Shown: positions 1 through 11,597 of the stretch, in pieces
How the letters are laid out: every line of letters begins with the position of its first letter
Position numbering within the stretch: position 1 is the stretch's first letter
DNA from: Macrostomum lignano
Lineage: Eukaryota
Assembly: GCA_002269645.1 (NCBI GenBank)
Contig: NIVC01000350.1
Span: 186,001 to 250,000 of the forward strand
Direction: 5' to 3'
DNA length: 64,000 nucleotides
Position numbers and translations under genes: made by a program
The notes under the pieces: model-generated
Told to the model about the DNA's origin: nothing
What the model saw: only the letters and a program-made list of their open reading frames with translations
Databases searched by the model: none

Positions 1-1850
1 CGAAAGCTATAGGAATATTACGATGGATATCCACAGGGCTCCCTCGCATTCGTGCAATTTTGGCCCTCAGAACCATAGACTTCATTAACGTATTGACAGA
101 TAACTAAGACTTTTAAACCTTCATTGATTGAAATGTCACTTGACGGTAATGACAGTCATGGAATGTGCAATTATAGCTGCCGAACCTAGTCGCCGTAATA
201 GCCCGATTAACTCCCCGTAATTTCACGTTAGATACGTTAAAACGCTAACCAGGATTAACGATGCGTCGTCCTCGTGTCGCCGGCGCAACGGCAGGTTGTC
301 AGTCTCCCGTAGAGGGTGCTTGGAGGAAATTTAAGGACGATCGACACTAGACGCTGCAGACACAAAGTTCTATTCGTCCGCCTTTAATTTTATCAATAAT
401 TTTAAGACTTGATAGGATATATAGGATAAAGTTCGGCAATCTTCAAGTTTCGTTCGTTTAATTATTTCCGGAATTATTTTCGCCCTCTATTCAAGGGTGG
501 TGGGGGGTGGGTGTTGGAATTAAACGAACGAAACTTGAAGATAACCTAAAGTTCTGCAGCAGTACATATGTACATGTACGATTCGGTTAGAAGTGGTTAA
601 AATTGGCAATTTTGTGTTGAACGCATAGGCCTCTAAGCCCAAGGGGGCAGAGCAGCAGCGATAAATGCGTCTGAATCTCACGCTACAACCCCTGGTTTGA
701 TTCGGCCACTTGAATGTACAGGAAAATTGACAGGATTGTTGAACTTGTGTGTGCTCAGGAGTCAGTGGAGTGAGAAGAATAGCCTCAGACGATGCGAGGT
801 TGTGCAGAGACAATGTCGCCGAAGGCTTTGCGCTAGCAGGGTCACTACACAAATTCACACTCGAGATATCAACAAGATATTGTACATGTACATTACCAGA
901 AGTCCATCCATTTATCAGTAAACCTGTATGCTGACTTTTTAAATAATCAAGTCTTCGTGACAGCACATGCAGTACAGAACTCAGTACACGGTAGACATAT
1001 ATGCACATTGTAGCACATGTACATGTGCATTCAGTTAAGGGCACATCATGGGATGTACGAGTACACATGTTGGATAGTACACGTAGTACAATGTACATGT
1101 ATAGATTCGTTTTTGCAACATAGTGTATTTAATCTATATAAATTTTATTTTCGTTCCTCCTGCTTTACCAAATAGTTTGAATTCAACCAACCGCCCTTTT
1201 ATTCAATCCCAAGCGATTTTAAATAGGCTAAATGTATACTGTGCGATTATATTAAGAGACAAGTTACAATATTTGGATATTCACATGTCAATCGACGTTA
1301 GTAACCTTACCGCGTACTGGATTTAGGGGAACTAAAAAGAAAGTTACTTTTATCCCTGATAAAACACTTATCGCCGCGGCGCCGTCCTGGTCCATCAAGC
1401 GACCTGTTGCACCGTCGGTGACTCCAGCCCGGCAGTTACACTACATTATGGCACTGGCCACAACCGGTGCAAGAGGTTCTGCTGCTGAGGCATTCGGATT
1501 CGGTCAATACGTTAGTTATCTGTAGGTCATCCATCCATCGAGGCCATCGAGGTCATAGCGCAAGAAGTTCTATAGTGCATCAACGATTTTTCAGCTTAAT
1601 TTAGACCAATTGTTTCATAAACCTATGCAAGCCGGTTATTGACTATGTCTAAATAAATTAACATAAATGTGCCTGAAAATTTTACGATTTCTTAAATAGT
1701 TAGACCCTTTGTTATACTCGTTTAAAAACGTTTAGTTTGGCGGCAATTAAAGTTTTTTTGCTTGTCAGATCGAGCCAAAATTAATTAACTAAACTCACAG
1801 ATCATTTATTCGGTTGTAGATTATAGCTTTTGCTGAATTTCCTCTACTAG

Positions 1851-1880
1851 ATGGGTGCTGCCACGCGACGTTTGCAAAAG
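1851..1880 (+). CDS. UBE2L3: Ubiquitin-conjugating enzyme E2 L3 (UbcH7-like), coding exon 1
   Basis: ATG GGT GCT GCC ACG CGA CGT TTG CAA AAG|gtatgt = MGAATRRLQK, matching the UBE2L3 N-terminus (MAASRRLMK). Phase-0 donor fits exon 2. Confidence 0.9.
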
Positions 1881-4800
1881 GTATGTTTTCCCTGCTGAAT
1901 AATTATAAATCAATGATCAACATACTATCGGAGCCTTTGAGCGCCTATGCCTTTGGCTCTATGCTTCTAGTATTTAAAATTGGTTCCTAGTTTGACATTC
2001 TAAGTTTTCAGTGTGCTTATACCTCATCTAGCTATTTAGGTTTCAGTTAGCCTAGTAATGAAATACATTTACATTACATTACATTACATTCATTACATTA
2101 CATTCAGCAAAAATTACTTACTTAGCATCAGTTAGCAATCACTAATAAGAATAAAAATTATTTTTCTAGTATATTGTTTCTAACTAAGGGTGAGGCTAAG
2201 ATTATAGATTGGTATTGGGACAATTTCAGTATTTAAGCCTAGTCAAGTTTTTTGACAAATACAGAAATTCAATTTAAGAGTTTTGAGTTTTTTTACAAAA
2301 ATGCAAAAGTGTATTATAGGCCTAGTCATTGATTATTCTATATAATTTATTTCATAGTTTTTAATAGTTATTTTAGTAGAGCTAATGTCATGTTTTAACT
2401 TATTTTTTGTATTATAGGTTTGTATGCCTAGCCTAGTCTTGAACATTTTTTTATTAATTTCAGTCTACACTTCATATTATAGGCACAATTTCCATGTTCT
2501 AGTTTTATCATATCTAAAAAATTTTCTCTATATATAGGCTATCTCTTACTAATTAGGACCTAGTAAACTAGTGTGTAGCTTTAAATTATTTTTATTTTTT
2601 TCTTATATTAATTTTTTTGATCTATCTTTAGATCATTGATAGATGAAGATGGATTTCAAATAAATTTGGATCTAGATATCCAATAGATATAGGTCTGTAA
2701 TATACTTTAATAACTTTCTCAAAATTTTGTCAGATGTCTAAAAGTCAAAACATTCTTTATATCTTTCTAGAAATTTTTTTAGTCAGCATCTTATCTGTAA
2801 AGTATGCATTATAAATAGTAAATAAGTAATTAATACTTAATTATTAATATTTTACTTATATTTGTGCAGTGTTAGGCACTTCTATTACTGAGTAACTTTC
2901 AAATAGTAATACAAGTTACTTTTTTATAAAGCATTCCTTATGCAAGTTGCTTTCCTATTTTGATAATGGAGTAATGGTAGGCCAAGGTTACTCAAATTTT
3001 GGAAGTCTGGTTAAATCCTTTATAGTTACTTTGCAACAATTGCAATATTTAAATTTAAAACTAATATGCTTAGCTATTTTGCCAGTTGTCACATTTTTTA
3101 GCATTTGCTATTCCTAAATTCAAAATTAAGTTAATAGTATTGTATGGTATTATGTTTTAATTAATGAAGAAATACTTGAAACATGTTTTAAATTTCAGTA
3201 AAATATTTCTATTTTTGTTTTCATGTTAATAAAAATATTTTGTTTAGTTCTTAGAAACAAACAACTAAAGAAAGAAATTCATCTGTAGTCTTCACAAGTC
3301 CACTGGCACTGCATTACACTATACCATTTTATACTGTTCTGTTTATTTTACTTTATATTAAATTATTGATATTTGTTCATTTTATCATTTATGAAATTTT
3401 AATTAATGATTGATTGCCATTGCACATTGCCTATTGCCCATTAGTCCATCTACTTGCCTTAGATTGTGAGTAACTTGCCTAGCACTGTATTTATGTTATA
3501 TAATACATATATAATTAAGTGTTTAATTGCTTTGTTAAGATGTGTTCAATCTTTCTAGAAATTCTGGAAAGCATTTACAAGTCTATAAATATATGGCAAC
3601 TGCAGCAACACAAATCATGCCTCCTTATTTGTCTCTCTTCAAATCCCCTATCTGATTTCCATTGATAAACTACTTAAAAAACCACCACCTTGCTCTTATT
3701 CAATAACTAAAAGGCTTCTACGGTTCTATATTTCTATTAGATCAAGATTTATATGCTATATTTTATGCTTAGAGTTATGCTTGAAAAGTTGTTAATCTTT
3801 TTTATTTTCATTATATTTAAGCCAGGCTTAGGCTGCTGTATACTACACATAATGGATAAAAATATCAAAAAATGATAAAAAAAGTTGCATTAAGCATAGT
3901 TTCTAGAATTAAAACTTTGTTTAAGATTTTACAAAAAATAAAATATAGTTATTTAAATTCTCCATTTTTCAAAAATGAATAACTTATATAGTATATTATA
4001 ATAATGCCATAAGAAAAAACATAGTTATTTATGCTAGCCATTTTTGCCAATCCATTTTTCTATCAATTATTATGCTATATGTAAGAGTTATACCAAGGTT
4101 AAGTTTTCTAAACTTATACAAGAGATTTCTAGTATAATTATAATGAAGCAGACTATAGTCTAGATTTTTAATAGACTAGGATATACATCTCTAATATTTT
4201 TGAGTATCAACAAAGGAGGATCTAATTATTACTAATACTAACTATTGACAATAAAAATTGACTTAATCAACTCTTAGTCAGAAATTGCCCTATATCTATA
4301 AATATAATATTAATAGACATAACTAAGTAGTTTTAATAACTTATTAATTAAAACAACTCTTTAGTTTGCTTAGTGCAAGAGGTCCAAAGATTGAGCTTTA
4401 AAGCTCATAAGCTGATATTATATACTTGGTAAAACCAAACCTATGAAAAATTCATAGACTATTAGATTAAACTATGTGAGTACATTGCATGACATGCTTA
4501 AAAGCAAAAGGGGGTTTAAAAGAATGTAGCAAATGTATTTAATATACACTTGATGAGTCACGCAATACAACACTGTGTATAACTTTTGGTCATAAAACTT
4601 TAACTTTAACTATAGCTACAACTATAGCTATAGAATTAGTTATATAAGTTATAGTTAGTTATAAATATAGCTATAGTTATTATAGCAATAGTCTATGATT
4701 TACTATAATATAGGATCCAATGATTAAGACAAAAGGAGGACCAGTTTAACTTATTATATATAACCTGTCATAATAGCTAATGCCAAGATAGCAATATTTT

Positions 4801-5190
4801 GTCAATACATAGCCTCCTAATATATAGTAAATCTTGATTAAAAGATTTAAAAGATAAAGTGACATGGTATATGCATGAATTAATAGCTTATTGATATATC
4901 CTTGCATGTATATAGAAATGAAATCCTACAAGAAAAATAAGTGTTTGATATCCAGTTATTACTGAAACTATTTTATCTGGTATATATATTTCTTAAGTCT
5001 TGGGTCTTAATTATTTATAAGAAAAGTGGCTATAACTGTATCTTTATTTTAGCCCCTAGCATCCTTCCTAACTATCCAGTGTGTATATAGCAGTGAAAAT
5101 CTTTATTATGTAAGTCTGAACCTTAGTACTTAAGAGTTTCCCTAAGCCCTTTGCATTGAAAGTAAAAACATTCATTATAACTTTAGCCCC

Positions 5191-5362
5191 CATACATGCG
5201 CAACCTTGGGAATCACTCGGCCGTTTCTATTGGCAACACACACATGTAAGTCGCTATTGGCTGAGAGCAGTCACGTGACTACTATTCCGTCCAATAGCGA
5301 CTTACATGTGTGTGTTGCCAAAAGAAACGGCCGAGTGAATCCCAAGGTTGCGCCCAAGCATG
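5191..5362. mobile_element. hAT-like MITE (172 bp) in UBE2L3 intron 1
   Basis: 63-bp inverted arms 5198..5260 and 5291..5353 (2 mismatches); perfect 8-bp direct repeats TTAGCCCC at 5183..5190 and 5363..5370. An 8-bp TSD is typical of hAT. Confidence 0.8.
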
Positions 5363-5725
5363 TTAGCCCCTACTATCTCAATCATTTATTGTGCACCTTT
5401 CCAATATAGTTAAAAATAAAATTCATAATGCTTATCAAGCCATGCCAAAAGTTTATCAACATTGCAGTTTAATCATAAAAAATAATTATTACTCATATTA
5501 TGTAGATTTGTAAGATTGGATACTTTGATTCATATAAATTTTTTGTCTATAATGAATTAAATTTGACATTTTTTACTTTGGTAGCTATTTTGATTTAAAT
5601 GTTTATATTATTGTATATTTATTAGGCTAGTTAAAAACTCAATATACATTGTCATAAACAATTTTAAGGTTGATTTCCCCTTTGGTATACTTAGTACATT
5701 TATCATGATCTAGAATATGGTTCTA

Positions 5726-6223
5726 CAAGGGCTGAGCAATAAGTTTCTGCATTTGCCCAGACAGAAATAGTTAAAGAAAAAACAGTTATATCTTTTCAAA
5801 GTACTCTCCAGCAGATTCGATGCAAATTTTCATGCGCTCAAACCACTTGCTGGAGCAGCTGGAACAATCTGAAGCATGCACCTCCTCCACATGCCGGATG
5901 AAGTCCTCCACTGCAGCTTCTGGTGATCCATAGCGGATTCCATGCATCCTGCGCTTGATTTGTGGAAGCAAAAAAAAGTTGCAGGGGGCCAGGTCGGGGC
6001 TGTAGGGTGGATGACCGAGCTCTTGAATGCGCTCTCCGGCCAGGAACTCCGCCACCTGTCGAGCCTTGTGGGCCGGAGCGTTGTCGTGATGGAGAAGGAT
6101 GCCCCGAGCTCGAGTCCTTGGGCGACGCCTAGAGAGAGCGCTCAGCACTTCTGGCAGGCAAACATTGATTTTGTCAGCCGCCTCTCAACTATGCACATCC
6201 AGAAACTTATTGCTCAGCCCTCG
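5726..6223 (-). mobile_element. Internally deleted mariner (Tc1/mariner) element
   Basis: TIRs C(A/G)AGGGCTGAGCAATAAGTTTCTG at both ends, TA target duplication at 5724-25 and 6224-25, transposase C-terminal fragment inside. Confidence 0.93.
5786..6160 (-). pseudogene. Mariner transposase C-terminal remnant (catalytic domain half)
   Basis: GILLHHDNAPAH...HPPYSPDLAPCNF...KWFERMKICIESAGEYFEK are hallmark mariner motifs. The HTH and first catalytic Asp are missing; the third catalytic Asp reads Asn. Confidence 0.9.
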
Positions 6224-6547
6224 TAATGCATCTTCCATAGCTTTTTTTAATAAGTAAAGAAAGAATTTTTTTGAAAAAAAGGATTTTTGTATGATTATCT
6301 TTCAAATTATACCAGCATTAAAATCAAGTTTTTAGTGAAATTCAGATTTATTTTGGATAGTTTTTTAGTCCAACTTTACCTAGATCATTCATAAACACTA
6401 TTTAACAAATTTACCCTAACTCTGTTAATATGGATGCTGTTATAGACAAGTATTTTCTCAGTAATTCGTTTATTAGTTTGCCATTGATTTTGTGCCTAGC
6501 GACATCAAAGCTGCAATGATTAATTAGTCAATAAAATGCACTGACAG

Positions 6548-6836
6548 GAGCTGGCTGAGATTAACAACTCTGAGACACTGCGCTCTGTGTTTCGAGATGT
6601 TCAAGTTGACGACAATAACATACTGGTGTGGAGTGGTCTGATAGTGCCAGAGAAAGAGCCCTACAATCAGCGGGCGTTCCGCGTCAGAATCGAATTCCCG
6701 GTTGAGTACCCGTTCAAGCCGCCGAAGGTGACGTTTAAAACTAAAATTTATCATCCTAATATTGATGAGAAGGGGCAGGTGTGTCTGCCAATTATTAATC
6801 CCGAGAATTGGAAGCCAGCAACTAAGACTGATCAAG
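6548..6836 (+). CDS. UBE2L3: UBE2L3 coding exon 2 (UBC core with catalytic Cys)
   Basis: ctgacag|GAG CTG...; [96 protein letters not shown]; HPN motif and GQVCLP active site; donor G|gtaatt, phase 1. Confidence 0.96.
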
Positions 6837-6920
6837 GTAATTTGACTTGCTATTTGTAGGTGCAGATGCCTTAAAATTATCTTAATAGACCTGCTGTGTA
6901 GGTGCCTGAGAATCTACCCT

Positions 6921-8187
6921 AACTATCCAATAGATCTACTGTATAGATGCCCCAACTATCCAATAGATCTACTGTATAGATGCCCCAACTATCCGATAGA
7001 TCTGCTGTATAGATGCCGCAATTATCCAATAGATCTGCTGTATAGATGCCGCTATTATCCAATAGATCTGCTGTATAGATGCCGTAATTATCCAATAGAT
7101 CTGCTGTATAGATGCCGTAATTATCCAATAGATCTGCTGTATAGATGCCGTAATTATCCAATAGATCTGCTGTATAGATGCCGCAATTATCCAATAGATC
7201 TGCTGTATAGATGCCGAAATCATCCAATAGATCTACTGTATAGATGATCCAATTATCCAATAGATCTGCTGTATAGATGCCCCAACTATCCAATAGATCT
7301 ACTGTATAGATGCCCCGATTATCCAATAGATCTACTGTATAGATGATCCGATTATCCAATAGAACTGCTGTATAGATGCCCCAACTATCCAATAGATCTA
7401 CTGTATAGATGCCCCGATTATCCAATAGATTTATTGTATAGATGCCCCAATTATCCAATAGATCTACTGTATAGATGCCCCGATTATCCAATAGATCTAC
7501 TGTATAGATGCCGCAATTATCCAATAGATCTACTGTATAGATGCCGCAATCATCCAATAGATCTACTGTATAGATGCCGCAATTATCCAATAGATCTACT
7601 GTATAGATGCCGCAATTATCCAATAGATCTACTGTATAGATGCCGCAATCATCCAATAGATCTACTGTATAGATGCCGCAATTATCCAATAGATCAGCTG
7701 TATAGATGATCCAATTATCCAATAGATCTGCTGTATAGATGATCCAATTATCCAATAGATCTACTGTATAGATGCCGCAATTATCCAATAGATCAGCTGT
7801 ATAGATGATCCAATTATCCAATAGATCTGCTGTATAGATGATCCAATTATCCAATAGATCAGCTGTATAGATGATCCAATTATCCAATAGATCTACTGTA
7901 TAGATGATCCAATTATCCAATAGATCTACTGTATAGATGATCCAATTATCCAATAGATCTACTGTATAGATGCCCCAACTATCCGATAGATCTACTTATA
8001 GATCCGCAATTATCCAATAGATCTACTGTATAGATGATCCAATTATCCAATAGATCTACTGTATAGATGCCGCAATTATCCAATAGATCAGCTGTATAGA
8101 TGCCGCAATTATCCAATAGATCAGCTGTATAGATGCCGCAATTATCCAATAGATCAGCTGTATAGATGCCGTAGTTATCCAATAGAT
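6921..8187. repeat. 33-bp minisatellite (~38 copies) in UBE2L3 intron 2
   Basis: Unit AATTATCCAATAGATCT(A/G)CTGTATAGATG(CCGC/ATCC); explains the ORFs at 6919..7953, 6969, 7434, 7979 and 8056. Confidence 0.97.
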
Positions 8188-8268
8188 GTGCTGCATTATC
8201 CCGGGCCAGTGAATGGCCATGAACATGTTATTCAGTGGCACTAACAAGCCCACAATGCCCACCCGCAG

Positions 8269-8417
8269 TGGTGCAAGCCCTGGTGGCCATGGTGCACGAT
8301 CCGGAGCCGGAGAACCCGCTGCGCGGCGACCTCGCCGAGGAGTACCTTCGGGATCGGAAGAAATTCATGAAATCGGCCGAAGAGTTCACAAAAAAGTATG
8401 GCGAGCCGCGTCCTTAG
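8269..8417 (+). CDS. UBE2L3: UBE2L3 coding exon 3 (terminal)
   Basis: Branch-like ctaac at 8241, acceptor cccgcag|TG; (V)[48 protein letters not shown]. The three exons total 468 nt = 155 aa + stop. Confidence 0.95.
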
Positions 8418-9337
8418 ACTCTCAATTTGAAGTTAACAAAATATTTTATTATTGATTTTTTTCTAATAAGCTGACGACTGTTTAAGGAGAATTGGTTAAC
8501 ATATGTCTTTTGGGCTAAATATATATACTGGGCATTGTGTGCCAAATAGGCTTGCACTCTGTGTACTTGTAGTTGTACTTTCTGTTTCATTTTTAAGCCT
8601 ACCGTTAGTTAGTTTTACTAATCTCTATCAGGTCCCCGTTTTGGGTATATTTTATATATTCATCTCTTATGCAACGGGAATAAATTGATTAATTTAGCAA
8701 CAACACGCACTCATGCCTTGCTACTCGATGGATAATAGTAGCATGTACTGAGCATGCGTCTTCAAATTGTGCCGCCGCTTTCCCTTATTTGGTCTCCCGT
8801 GAATCCGTCTAGAATTCGTCAGTTTCAATCACTGAGTATTCTGCTGCGAGACTACTTGCAGTAGTATAGAATTCGTGTTTCTTTTTTCGTTTATTTTATT
8901 AGTCAACGCCTACTATAAATCAATTTCCTCAGATTTATATTAATTATTGTACCGCAAAAATATTTTGTAAGTGCATCCTATACTTTCTGTTTGCTATTGA
9001 TGATTTTAATATGGCTAAAAAGTCTGTGTCTACACCACCCGAATCTGATTCTAGCTGTGTATTCAGTCCACCATAGATCTGCAATTCTGGCGACCACAGT
9101 TCGCAGTCATCAGCTCCCAAGTGTTGGCAATCGTTCCCTTTTTATAACACAAATGTATAAAAATATATAATACTTAATTATTAGGAATAACTAATAATAT
9201 TTGCTTATTCTACTCGGTTAAATTTGATTTCTCCTGAGAGAAAACTTTATAAAGGTTTTGCTGCCACCGCATTTTGTGTGTATTTTCTATCATCTGCTTT
9301 CCTTAATAGATATTCAATAGGCAGTCATGTAAGCGGC

Positions 9338-10575
9338 TGATGGGATCAAGGTGTCATTCACGGGATTAACAATCGATTGATGGGATCAAGGTGTCATTCA
9401 CGGGATTAACGATCGATTGATGGGATCAAGGTGTCATTCATTAGATTATCAATCGATTGATGGGATCAAGGTGTCATTCATTAGATTATCGATCGATTGA
9501 TGGGATCAAGGTGTGATTCATTAGATTATCGATCGATTGATGAGATCAAGGTGTCATTCATTAGATTATCAATCGATTGATGAGATCAAGGTGTCATTCA
9601 TTAGATTATCAATCGATTGATGGGATCAAGGTGTCATTCATTAGATTATCAATCGATTGATGAGATCAAGGTGTCATTCATTAGATTATCAATCGATTGA
9701 TGGGATCAAGGTGTCATTCATTAGATTATCAATCGATTGATGGGATCAAGGTGTCATTCATTAGATTATCAATCGATTGATGGGATCAAGGTGTCATTCA
9801 TTAGATTATCAATCGATTGATGGGATCAAGGTGTCATTCATTAGATTATCAATCGATTGATGGGATCAAGGTGTCATTCATTAGATTATCGATCGATTGA
9901 TGGGATCAAGGTGTGATTCATTAGATTATCGATCGATTGATGAGATCAAGGTGTGATTCATTAGATTATCGATCGATTGATGAGATCAAGGTGTCATTCA
10001 TTAGATTATCAATCGATTGATGGGATCAAGGTGTCATTCATTAGATTATCAATCGATTGATGAGATCAAGGTGTCATTCATTAGATTATCAATCGATTGA
10101 TGGGATCAAGGTGTCATTCATTAGATTATCAATCGATTGATGGGATCAAGGTGTCATTCATTAGATTATCAATCGATTGATGGGATCAAGGTGTCATTCA
10201 TTAGATTATCAATCGATTGATGGGATCAAGGTGTCATTCATTAGATTATCAATCGATTGATGGGATCAAGGTGTCATTCATTAGATTATCGATCGATTGA
10301 TGGGATCAAGGTGTGATTCATTAGATTATCGATCGATTGATGGGATCAAGGTGTGATTCATTAGATTATCGATCGATTGATGAGATCAAGGTGTGATTCA
10401 TTAGATTATCAATCGATTGATGAGATCAAGGTGTGATTCATTAGATTATCAATCGATTGATGAGATCAAGGTGTGATTCATTAGATTATCAATCGATTGA
10501 TATGATCAAGGTGTAAATTAGTAGATTATCGATGTATCAGATTATCGAGGAATCAAGGTGTCATACACGGGATTA
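9338..10575. repeat. 40-bp minisatellite (~30 copies)
   Basis: Unit GATGGGATCAAGGTGTCATTCATTAGATTATCAATCGATT; adjacent units form the 14-bp palindrome ATCAATCGATTGAT. Confidence 0.97.
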
Positions 10576-10686
10576 TATGGTTATAATTGTTATAATGAAA
10601 GCAAGGCAGGATTACAGACACAAATATGAGTCCTACGCTTGAGACAGCTGCATACTGAGCTCATGGCATCTGAGTTGTCCGTGCAG

Positions 10687-11130
10687 CTAGGAGGCGTCTC
10701 CGACGCGCTGATCGCCAAGTCCTAACTGTAAATCTGCGCTCATCCTACCGGCCGCCGGCAGTTGTCGGCCGCGGCCGCGCCGGATTTGCAGCAGCCACCA
10801 GGCGGCGCAGCGCGGTCTCAGCCGACAGCGGCCATCGACGGCGCAGAGGCAGCAGAAGCTGGCCGCGGCTAGGCCAGCCGCCACGCTGGCCGACACGCCT
10901 GCGACGGTGAGGAACGCCAGGCTGAGCTGCGGGGCGCCGACACCGCCGTAGCGAAGGCCGAGTCCGACAGTCAGACAGGCGATCGCTGAAACGCTCAATA
11001 CAATGGAGCCAGCGCAGAATCCGCCGGGAGGCAGGCACCGGCGCTCGTTGTAGGCCTCGGCGATGTCTGACGAGATTGAGAAGCTGCCGCCAGCTAAATT
11101 GCTGAGCACCTCCAGCCGGCTGCGATGCAT
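10687..11130 (-). CDS. Putative small two-transmembrane protein (147 aa from ATG 11130), unknown family
   Basis: GC-rich open frame in an AT-rich setting; two hydrophobic segments (FCAGSIVLSVSAIACLTVGLGL; LSLAFLTVAGVSASVAAGLAAASF) followed by CCLC and a basic tail. No homolog recognised. Confidence 0.45.
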   Translation of the reverse strand: MHRSRLEVLSNLAGGSFSISSDIAEAYNERRCLPPGGFCAGSIVLSVSAIACLTVGLGLRYGGVGAPQLSLAFLTVAGVSASVAAGLAAASFCCLCAVDGRCRLRPRCAAWWLLQIRRGRGRQLPAAGRMSADLQLGLGDQRVGDAS

Positions 11131-11597
11131 TCTCGGTGTCTGTGGTAGGGTCTCCACGGATACGGCTCTTTGCTTTAGCGTATAGTTATACACTATAAAA
11201 ATGAGCTGTTCAAAAGCTATGTTTTTACTGCGTGATTGAGCCCTAATTTCCCACGGGTTACAGAGTGGGCAGAGGTTTACAGCTAGTGGTTTTGCTTCAT
11301 ACATTGTATTTCGGGTGTGTATGTACTTTCTGTGCTTTCCTTCAACTATATTTATACAGTATGACAGGGACATCTGCAGTACAAGGACCTTACACTCCTA
11401 GAAATGGAACAAATAATTGTATCAACAGTACATTAAGTACGCTCTCGAGAATTCGGATTTTTCTCTACTGATTTTGTCTATGGTGAAACCTCATTCAGTG
11501 CTCATGCGTTCTCTAGAGAGCGTGCATGTATGAATGAATGTACACGTATCTGATGCAGCTTCTTTGAATTACGGTAAATCTTACGGCGTAAGATTAT

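Noticed and set aside
520-1098. 192-aa minus-strand ORF
   Set aside because: Low-complexity ACATGT-rich sequence, no recognisable domain, non-ATG start likely.
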